NCBI RefSeq assembly: GCF_006345805.1
Contig: NC_042997.1
Coordinates: 52,638,001-52,702,000 of the forward strand
Direction: 5' to 3'
Origin: Octopus sinensis
Lineage: Eukaryota
Length of the DNA stretch: 64,000 nt
Part shown: piece by piece, positions 53,655 to 64,000 of the stretch
How the letters are laid out: every line of letters starts with the position of its first letter
How positions within the stretch are numbered: the stretch's first letter is position 1
Notes under the pieces: model-generated
The model's input: the letters and a program-made list of their open reading frames with translations, nothing else
Databases searched by the model: none
What the model was told of the DNA's origin: nothing
Program-made: the position numbers and the translations under genes

Positions 53655-53815
53655 GTATATATATAAGCAATCGGCTGATGAAATACACTATATTTTAGAA
53701 TCGTTTAAAATCATACTGAAATGATCCATTCGGATTATCCTTTAGAGGGGCATCCAATTTTGTATAACATCTTCATTCACAAACATGCAAATCATAACTA
53801 ATCTAAACACGTGCG

Positions 53816-53864
<49 letters not shown>

Positions 53865-54440
53865 GCACACATTCTTTCTTTCAGAGATTGGAACTTGTAT
53901 CAGGTTGTAGTCTTGGAAAGCTCTGTCAAAATAAAAATAAAATAAACATGTCCTGATAAAATAAACATGTCCTCTGAAAATCTGAAAACTGCGTAACAAA
54001 AACCACCATCGTAAAGCAGTAAACAAAATGCTGAACATTCTATCATAAAAAAAACCCACTCTTTATTGGTATATCCATATACGTTTTAATTATACGTTAA
54101 TATCCTTATACAAATGTATGATTACGAGCTACTGTGGCAGTCATATTTGTCTAGAAATAGCACAAATAATTTCTTTTTCTGCAATGTAATTTGCAACGTA
54201 TAGATACAACTATAAAAATAAATATCAGTTTCTTGGACACAAATGGACCGAGTGCTAACTGAATCACACCAGTGGAGTAAAAGAGTTGTCTGCATATAAT
54301 ATACTTTTAAAAACACTTATGTGCTATTCTATATTGTTAGCTGTGAGATAATAAAGTTGTTTTATGAGCCGCTGTTGCTGGTCAGCGATTGAATCTTACA
54401 GACAAGGCAAGGATTTTGTTATGTGCGCACAAACTATGTA

Positions 54441-55311
54441 CAGGGTGCTCCAAAAGTCACTGATGGGTTTCAGTTTTTAATCACTTCCTTAACTTTACAA
54501 ATAAATGCATGAAATTTGATACAATATAAAGGATATTATAGAAATTAATTATTTAACCATTTCTCTCTCTTTCCAGTTTTTATGTGCTTTCATTTGAATA
54601 GGTTCATCAACAAACAAAATTGCCGTTTTGGGGCCCTGAGAACCTGAAAACAGTACACCAACGAGAACTGCACCATGTAAGGTGCACAGTATGGTGTGGA
54701 TTGGCAGCAGATGAAATTATCGGTTCTTGTTTCTTTGAGGACGATGACGGAAATGCTGTCACGGTGACTGGAGAACGGTACAGAATCATGATTGAGACCT
54801 TTGTGTGCCTGGCCATTCAAAGTAGACCTCACATATGGTTCCAGCAAGATAGGACAACTGCTCATACCACAAGAGAAACAATGCAGTTGCTATGGCATAT
54901 ATACTTTGGAGAGAGAATAATCTCCCGCTACGGCAATGTCAACTGGCCTTCACGTTCCCTAGACTTGGCTAGCCCTGATTTTTTTCTTGTAGGAATACCT
55001 GAAAGAGAGGGTTTACGTCAACAAACCGGAGACCCTGGTGCAACTGAGGAGAACATCAATAGGGAAATCAGAGAAGTGGGTTCTGAAACTCTTGAGGGTG
55101 TTATGGCGCAAGTTTTGGAAAGAGCATGGGCGTGCGAATCCGAAAATGGCTGCCATTTAAGCGACCCCAATTTTCAAATGTGATGTAGTGGTGTTGCTAA
55201 AATTGGACTCATGCATAGTAATTTCCATTATGTCCTTTATAATGTATCAAATTGTAAAGTTAAGGAAGTTATTAAAAATTGAAACCCATCAGTGACTTTT
55301 GGGACACTCTG
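54441..55311 (+). mobile_element. Tc1/mariner superfamily (rosa/DD41D-like) internal-deletion derivative
   Basis: ~60-bp imperfect TIRs (CAGGGTGCTCCAAAAGTCACTGATGGGTTTC... / CAGAGTGTCCCAAAAGTCACTGATGGGTTTC...) and TA on both sides (54439-40, 55312-13). The catalytic C-half is kept (CTVWCG..IIG.CFFE...WFQQD...WPSRSLDLASPDFF). The DNA-binding N-half is absent. Confidence 0.9.
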
Positions 55312-56621
55312 TATAATGATCTGTGCACAGAAAGATTTACAGGTTTAAAAAGGAAGTACTTAATATATTTTCCTATACAAACATCGATATATCTTCACAC
55401 GCGCGCACGCACACACTCTCTCTGTCACACGCGCACGCACACACACTTAAGAATAAACACAAAACCAAATGTTGATATTTCTAATGTATATAATACACGT
55501 GTTTTTTGTAAGTGGAAGATAATCCCTACATAATACAACCGTCTTTAGTCAATCACTTCAAAATATTTTGAAATATTTGACTGACTAGGGTAGCATTTTG
55601 GAAGGATTATCTTAGGTAACTACAAGAAACGCGTTTAAATGATTTCAAAATATTAACATTTGGTTTTGTCTTCATTGTGGTATTATGCGACACTTTTTTT
55701 ATAACAATCTAGACTGTTCTTGCTTTGATAATACGATTTAATACAAGGATGTTGGAGTTTCATAATCTACACACACACAAACACACACACACACACACAC
55801 ACACAATATATATATATATATATATTTATATATCTTTTATTTATAACTATATATAGTTTTATTTTTTGATATTCGATTCATCTTAGTTTTTGTGAATGCT
55901 CAGCTGTGACAGAGTACATGAAAAAGTATCTTTTGTATATAGTTTAACATAATCCCCGTTGGATTATGCAGATATTTTCATTTTGTCTTCATAATAAGCA
56001 ATCATAGAATGGCCTGTCAAAGAAAGAGAAGGAAAATGTTTTTCTTTTGAAGTATCTTAAAATATATAGAATTAAGAAGAAAAGAAAAAAAAAACGCGAT
56101 AGAATGTCTAAGAACAAGCAAATAAAATCACCACCAGCTAATTAGTGTTTAATTAAATTAGTTTACCTAATAGAAATGATTACACACGAAACAGTACAAA
56201 AATTAATAATATACTGAGATTGTCGCATAGATGAAGATGAAAAGACATAAAGAAAAGAAAAGAAAAAAATATTCTTCGAAATTGAAACCATAGAAACGCA
56301 ATAGAAAAATTGTGTAAACATAAATCATTTCGTCGTTTAAAAGGGTATAAATATAAATATAAATATAATATACGTACATATATAATCTGTCTGTCTGTCT
56401 ACCTGTCTGTCTATCTGTCTCTACCTACCTACCTACCTGTCTACCTACCTACATATCTATCTATCAATCTATTTATCTAGTCACGAACACATTTATAATT
56501 AATATATACACACACATACACATATATACACCAGGTGGTGCTATTAAGTTAGACATGGCCTGGGCCAATAATGGCCGAAACCTATCAAAGTATCAAAGTA
56601 TATATGTATGTATGTATATTG

Positions 56622-56659
<38 letters not shown>

Positions 56660-56662
<3 letters not shown>

Positions 56663-58700
56663 TTTGATACTTTGATAGGTTTCGGCCATTATTGGCCCAG
56701 GCCATGTCTAACTTAATAGCACCACCTGGTGAAGTCTTTCAAGTCAGAATTTGGCACTATGGCCCACTCAAGTAGAGAGTTATTGTTTACAGAGACATAT
56801 CCGGGTGTAGGGGGTTTATCCGGGATTTCTTGAAGGAATCTGTCCAAAGACTTCTTGAACCCTATAGGATCAGTTTCTGTTTTAATGTGTTTTGGGTAAT
56901 GTTAAAGAGAGCGGGGCCAATTGAGGTGAAATAATTGTGTCGTATTGTTGTTATGAGATGAGAGTGCGATTTTTGTTTTGGCGAATGGCACGGGGCCCAA
57001 GCCTTGGATGTACCTTGAAGGTGATGCCAACATCATTTGGGCAATGCTGATGGAATATTTTCCACATCATGCAGATGATGTAGCGCTCACGACGACGTTG
57101 GAGAGAATAGAGTTTTAGATTTTCTAGTCGACCCCAATAGTCGAGGCCTGTCATGCCATCTATCTTTTTTGTGATTGCCCTTTGAGGTGCTTCAACTTTT
57201 ATGATACCTTGTATTGTGTGGGGAGACCACAGTGGACAACAGTATTCAAGGTGGGGTCGGGCAAAAGTGGAGAAGAGAAGGATAATGGTGTGGATATCTC
57301 TCGACTGGAAAGTTCTGAGAATCCAGGAACACATTCTGCGGGCCATGTCAACTTTGGTGTTTATATGAGTGGCCCAGCTTATGTTGTTGTCCACAATTAC
57401 TCCCAAGTCTCTGATGTTGTTGGACGCCGCGAGAGTTTCACCTGAAGGAGGGAGTATGGGAGTTTCAGGGCATCCTCTTTTCCAAAGTGGATTGATTCAA
57501 ATTTATCCTCGTTCAGCAGCATATTGTTTTTTTCTGCCCATTGGATAACAGCCAGTAGATCTGACTGAAGGCATGTCCGGTCACTCGCCTCATTTATGAC
57601 CTTCTGTAGCTTGGAGTCATCTGCAAAGATTTTTATGTTGCTGTGCTTGATGATGTCATAATGTCATTAATGTAAATGATGAAAAGAAGTGGGCCCAGCA
57701 CAGTGCCTTGCGGAACGCCACTACTGACTTTGGCTGGGCTTGATTTTACCCCTTCAACTACAACATGTTGAGATCTGTCTGTCAGGAAAACACTTGATCC
57801 ATTTCAGTAACTTTCCAGAGACACCAATGTTGGATAGTTTTTTCAATAGGATCTTGTGATCGACCCTGTCGAAGGCCTTACTGAAATCAAGGTAGATGAC
57901 ATCGGGTTGGAGATCAGCCGTCTGTTGCTTTCCAGAAATTGGGTTATTCGAGATCTCACCACCCTCTCAAATACCTTGATGATATGAGAGGTGAGTGAGA
58001 TCGGACGGTAATTCACTGCAAGGGACTTGTTCCCTTTTTGAAAACTGGGACAACAGACTGGGACAGAAGGTTTTTTGGAATATAGCCAGCATCCACTGAG
58101 TTTCTCCACAGATTAGCAAGGGGAGATGCAAGTTGGTGTCGACACACCTTCAGGACACAAGCAGGGAACCTATCGGGGCCTACTGCTGAATTGTGTTTTA
58201 TTTCGTTTAACGCCGCTAAGACATCAGGGGCACTAAACGTTATGTCCGATATAGTGTGTGGGGGTTGACATCACTGATACAGCCCAGATCGGCCGTATCA
58301 GGATTGCTGAAAACAGAGCAGTATTGTTTCTGCAGTATCTCGGCATGGATTGGCATTATCTTGGAGAGTGCCAGTTTCGTCAATTAGAGGGCCTACAGTG
58401 GAGACAGTGACCCTGCGTTTCCTCGCAAATGAAAAGAACACTTTGGGGTTGAGTTTGATTTTTTCAATGGCCCACTTCTCCTCAGCTGATCTTTGGTTAT
58501 TGATGAGGGTCTTCATGCATTGTTGGAGGTTATATTTTTAGATTCAAGCAGTGCGATAGCCGTCGAATGTGTGTGTTGCTGTTGGCAGTACTTTAGTTTG
58601 TTTAATTTTGTTTGTTCTTTTTATTTTTCTGATAATGGTTTTCTGTTTTGGGGGATTCTGCACTTTTTGTTCACAGGTCTTGGTAGGGAGTGTTTTGCAC
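56660..58700 (-). mobile_element. CR1/L2-group LINE, 5'-truncated with internal deletions (family L-I)
   Basis: [85 protein letters not shown]. The 3' end carries a TATCAAAG tandem tail running into (TA)n. Confidence 0.92.
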
Positions 58701-58737
58701 ATATGTCTGTATATATATATATATACATATATATATA

Positions 58738-58774
<37 letters not shown>

Positions 58775-58857
58775 ATATATATATTATATATATATATACA
58801 TATATATGTATACATACATACATATATATATATATACATATACATGTGTGTGTATTT

Positions 58858-58898
<41 letters not shown>

Positions 58899-59038
58899 CT
58901 TTTACTCGTTTACCTACCTACATATCTATCTATTTATCTAGTCACACACACATTGATAATTAATATATACACACATACACACACACACATATATATATAT
59001 ATATATGTATGTATCTATGTATATATACTTACACATAT

Positions 59039-59081
<43 letters not shown>

Positions 59082-59144
59082 AGACACACACACATACCTA
59101 TATCTATATATATATATATCAACCTTCGAGTAACGAAGATATAA

Positions 59145-59516
59145 GGAGTGGCTGTGTGGTAAAGTAGCTTACTTACCAACCACATGGTTCTGGGTTCAGT
59201 CCCACTGCGTGGCACCTTGGTCAAGTGTCTTCTACTATAGCCTCGGGCCGACCAAAGCCTTGTGAGTGGATTTGGTAGACGGAAACTGAAAGAAGCTCGT
59301 CGTATATATGTATATGTATGTATATGTGCGTGTTTGTGTGTCTGTGTTTGTCCCCCAACATCGCTTGACAACCGATGCTGGTGTGTTTATAAAACCCCGA
59401 TAAAATAAGTACTAGGCTTACAAAGAATAAGTCCTGGGGTCGATTTGCTTGACTAAAGGCGGTGCTCCAGCATGGCCGCAGTCAAATGACTGAAACAAGT
59501 AAAAAAGTAAAAGAGT
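59145..59516 (+). mobile_element. SINE family A
   Basis: Head GGAGTGGCTGTGTGGTAAAG through tail CAGCATGGCCGCAGTCAAATGACTGAAACAAGTAAAA. Confidence 0.85.
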
Positions 59517-59564
59517 ATATTCATTATATATATATATATATATATAAATATATTCATTTTTTTT

Positions 59565-60843
59565 TGTTTGTTTCAGCTTAGAGCTGCGGCCATGCTGATG
59601 CACCGCCGTTTTGTGCTACACTGTTATTACGAAGAACCTCCTCTAATATGTGGCACTTGGTGAAGAATGGAGTTTGACATACCTACTCTCATTTGCACCT
59701 CTTGCCGTGAGGTAGGTTCATCTGGGACTCTCGACAGGAAGATGTCCAGCTTTGATTTAAAAACTGCTACATCTACTTTGTACAAGCTCCTCAGACTCTT
59801 TGGGAGAATATTAAAACTGTGGGCCCTTGAACCCAGGCTGTTGCAGAAGCTGTCCTGAAGCGTGATGGCATTGCTGGGATCTTTGGCTAATGCAGTGTCG
59901 TCAGTTCTAGCATTGGTGTAGCTTACAATGCCAAAATTTGACACAATTCCTTTCAGGATCTTCCAGACATATATTACTGCATACCTTTCCGGTCTTCTCT
60001 CTAGGGAGTAGAGTCTTAGCTGTTTCAACCTTTCCCAGTAGCTGAGCTGTTGCAAAGAGACGATCTCTTTGTGAATCTTCTCTGGATTGCTTCAAGGTCC
60101 GCTGTTATTTTACACTGGTGAGTGGACCATAGCTGTGAGCAGTAATCCAGGCGGCTAAGGACGAATGTCCCCAGAGGACCATCATGGTTTCCTTAACTCT
60201 AGTTCTGAATGTTCTTAGGATCCACCCAGCCAATCGTTTGCACTTTGTCGCCATCCTGGTAATGTACAATTGGAAAGAGGTATCATCACTCATGTCGATA
60301 CCCAGGTCCCTCACAGACTTAGGCTCTGGGATTGAAATTCCCTGTGGGCCGGTGTATCCTGTAAGTTTAATATTCAGTTTTGGATGCTGGTAGTGCAGGG
60401 CCTGGAATTGTTCAGCATTAAACTGCATATTATTATCCTCAGCCCATCTGTAGATTGAGTCCAACTCCTGCTGCAGGCGTGCAACATCGCTGGGGTTTTG
60501 CGAGACTTTCGTATCGTCTGCATAGCTTGCCAGAGTGGCTATCCGGGCATTTGAGGGCATATCTGAGAGGGCCACTATAAAAAGCAGTGGTCCCAAGACA
60601 GTTCCCTGTGGAACACCGCTCACTATTTGTGTGTTCATAGAGGTGGCTCCATTAACCACTACTGCCTGACTCCTATCTTTCAGGAAGTTATGTAACCACA
60701 CTCCACGTTTTCCAGCTATGCCGAGGTCACGCCAATTTGGGCATATCATACCAATCCAATCCACCTTGTCAAAAGCTTTTGCAAAATCAAGGTATTTACG
60801 TCCACATTTGATTTGTTGAGTAACTGCCTCAACACCCAGTCAA
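59565..60843 (-). mobile_element. CR1/L2-group LINE, 5'-truncated (family L-II)
   Basis: [60 protein letters not shown] (ORFs 60105-60764 and 59627-60055), a short 3' UTR and an A-rich end. Confidence 0.92.
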
Positions 60844-61259
60844 TATATAAAATATATTAGGGTTCAGCTACCTGCTCACCACATACCGAAAATAGAATAG
60901 GAGTTAAAAATTCCTTTCCTGCTACTATAAGAATCCCCATGACGGTAAACATACTTTTTTACGAGGGCAAAGAGAAACACAATGAAACAAAACGACCAGG
61001 ATAAATTATATACGCGTTTCGAAATGAAAGTAATTTGAATTTTACTTACTTCTCTCTTCAGTGTAATATTTCCAATTTTTTAATAAAATTTGAAAGTGCT
61101 ATAGCCGAATATGCACACAATCAAGCGACATCATGCAACAGATATCCAACCAACACTTTCAAACTTTACAGAGTCGAATGTGAATACACTACTCAAACTA
61201 TACACACTTGTATGCTACGAGCAATACCGCAGAAAACTGCAGTATTCATTTATGGAGTA

Positions 61260-61293
<34 letters not shown>

Positions 61294-61296
<3 letters not shown>

Positions 61297-61612
61297 ATAT
61301 ATAAACGGCAGTTTGTCTGTGTGGGTTTCTGTGTGTCTGTTAGTTTGTACCCTCACCCTGACCACTGCTTTCAACCGATTCTGATGAAACTTGACACACA
61401 CATAGCCGCAATGTCATAATTCAACTAACGCAGCGAAAATTTTGAAAAGTTTCCCCAGTTCTGAAAAAAAATCGATAAATTCGACATGGGGTCGAGAATC
61501 AGAAACACAAACCAAAGACTTGTCTAGGGGACGCAATCGACCTTTTTAACTAAAAAAAATTTACCATCGTTTTTTTTCCATTTTTTGGCTATAACTCTCT
61601 AAACTGCTTTAT
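61294..61612 (+). mobile_element. Putative non-autonomous Helitron 5' part, cut by the assembly gap
   Basis: Starts A|TCTATATATAAACGGCAG, then GTCTGTGTG-type repeats and CCGATTCTGATGAAACTT, a layout common in invertebrate Helitron derivatives. Confidence 0.45.
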
Positions 61613-61712
61613 NNNNNNNNNNNNNNNNNNNNNNNNNNNNNNNNNNNNNNNNNNNNNNNNNNNNNNNNNNNNNNNNNNNNNNNNNNNNNNNNNNNNNNNN
61701 NNNNNNNNNNNN
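61613..61712. other. Assembly gap (100 N)
   Basis: Run of exactly 100 N, so the true distance is unknown. Confidence 1.
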
Positions 61713-62104
61713 AGACAACCTAAATAACAATCTGGAGAAATTAGACTTTTCAAAATCAGAAAAGAGAAAGCTGATTCGAAGACTACAGATCCAAGCCATC
61801 ATCGGAACTGTAAAAATCTGTAAAACTTTCCAGAAGTTTATTGTATAAGTTTATATGAGCATGTCTGGACATGCAACTATATGCATTAGAGTTCATTCAT
61901 AAAACATAACATACAAATCTGCATTTATATATATATATATATATGTCTTGTTTGCGACATATATATATATTATATATATTTAGATGCATACATATATACA
62001 AAAATACCCCGTTGATGTTGAAATTCCAGTGAAAGAGCCTTGGATCTAGGTTAGAAGTCGTTTCTTTCTCTATTGGCAAGAAATCTTGAAATAAAACTGA
62101 ATAA

Positions 62105-62153
<49 letters not shown>

Positions 62154-64000
62154 ACACACACACACGAGCAACTGTCGTACTGATGACGGCTATGGAGCCT
62201 AAAAAATGTCAACGACTGTCCTCTTACCGCCAAACAACATATCTGTCCTTTTCCTTAATGGCATATCAACATATATGGAATTGTTGATTCTGGAGATTAT
62301 CTCCCCATCTCAACTATCATTCAGTAACTGATGCATCCCCTAGTGGCAGAGATAATTTTAAATAAATTACGAGTATGTGTTGCATACTATTTGATATATT
62401 ATACAACCATATATGTCTATGTTGTTCATAAATATATACCACGGCAAAATTAATACTATGAGTAAAGTTACCTCAATTCAAACAATTTACCAACCATACT
62501 TTAAAAGCAATAACAAAAACCCTAAGATAAGAATGAAATACTAATTAAATCTAATCATTAAAAATTATAAACAAAGATATATTAACTCAAAGTGAGTGCA
62601 AAAATACTATTACAGTCAACAGGCTGTGCTTATATTACATTGCCACCAAATTTTCACAATTAGTCTTGCAAGTTGTTAGCTGTGTGTAAAATTAAGGAAG
62701 TTATTAAAAATTGCGTAATATATATATATATATATATTATATAAAAATAATTTAGTGGGTACCTATAATTGATTATTACCGGGAGCTAGGATAGTTTATC
62801 CCTTAGTTCCGGAGTATTTATAACCGCTAACTCTCTTTACACTACATATATATAAATATAAACATATATTTAAAGAAGGCTGTGTAAGGTCGGAACTATG
62901 CGAGACGGTAGAGCATAAACTACAAAAGGAAAAGAAAACAAAGGAAAATTGCAGTAGTGAACAGATTTGCTTTTACAACGCTTGCAGTGTCATATTTTTC
63001 CATCAGACACATCACCATGTGTAGTAAGACTCCATGGTGAATTACAATTTTCACTGGTGTACATATTCATAATAAGTCGATACCGTGCCAACCACTGGTG
63101 AATGTTGTCTACAGCTTTTCCTAAATTGAATGATAGTCCACGATTTCTGTAAGATTGATTCGTTCCTTTGCTTCTTTTACTACTTATCTCCCCTTTAATT
63201 TTCATTTACTTTCTTTATCTAACCAATACACACACACACACACATATATATAGATATATATAAGATATACATATACTATACGTAAATATGAAAAAATATA
63301 TTATATATATAATATATATATATATATATACATGTATACTCGCATATCTACATTCATACATGCACATAGATTGCTTACATATATAGTATGATGGTCTTGC
63401 CGTGACAATATGCTTATATTGTTAAAGCAAAAGCATGATTACGCGCGCATACACACACACGCGCATACACAGAAACACTCACATAAACACATAACATGTC
63501 CATACACATATTCATAGACATGTGTTAATACACATCTATGCAGACACCCGCGCGAGCAACCACAAATAACACTGCCTTACAGCATTAAAAACCATAATAA
63601 ATTCTTTGAAAAAAAATCAAAAATATTCGTGTAGAAATAATCGTTTGTATAACGTAACTATCTGGAAGATGGTTTGTGAGATGTCAAAGTCTATTACATT
63701 GTGAATATAATCAATAAGGAACATAGTTTTTGCTGTATTTATTGTTTTTTTGAAAATATAATTAATATGAAATAAAAGAGCTTCCAAGCTACTTTCATAT
63801 TGAACTTCCACCATGTTATATCACCAACATTCTCATTCTCATCATTATCGCCATTATATCATTTCTCATGATCATCATTCGTGTCATCGTCAGTCTCATT
63901 ATCATCACCACTGGTCCTCTCCGCCTCCTCTCCTCCTCTTCCTCCCCTCCTGCACCCCTTCCTTCTCAACTCCTCCTCTACTCATCCCCCCTCCTCCACC

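Noticed and set aside
62685-62713. Second mariner copy
   Set aside because: Only ~28 bp resemble the inner part of the 55250-55285 TIR, and no other element features are present.

Overview
AT-rich eukaryotic scaffold window, dense in microsatellites and interspersed repeats, with one 100-N gap (61613-61712). The repeat families (several tRNA-derived SINEs, CR1/L2-group and RTE LINE relics) look like an octopus or other coleoid cephalopod genome. That assignment is pattern recognition, not a database result. I found no convincing host protein-coding exon, rRNA, true tRNA gene or CRISPR array, so the window reads as intergenic or deep intronic DNA. All recognisable protein homology is transposon-derived and disabled: a Tigger/pogo transposase (8.2-10.3 kb), a structurally complete Ginger1-type element (10958-13206; stand-alone Gypsy-like integrase, repeat-array termini, CCGG target duplication), a rosa/DD41D-like mariner deletion derivative, a Chapaev-like relic, two CR1/L2-group LINEs, RTE fragments and a Penelope-like relic. 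Non-coding structure includes a Merlin-like MITE carrying telomeric repeats, hAT and Tc1/mariner MITEs, Helitron ends, a near-identical 1.88 kb tandem duplication and a perfect 72-bp fold-back of a LINE 3' end. The most interesting signals are (i) the Ginger1 element, (ii) five degenerate hammerhead-ribozyme-like cores at four loci, two of them back-to-back in a palindrome, and (iii) a 3'-terminal hairpin+GAAAC motif shared, with different stem sequences, by two LINE families and the main SINE family.
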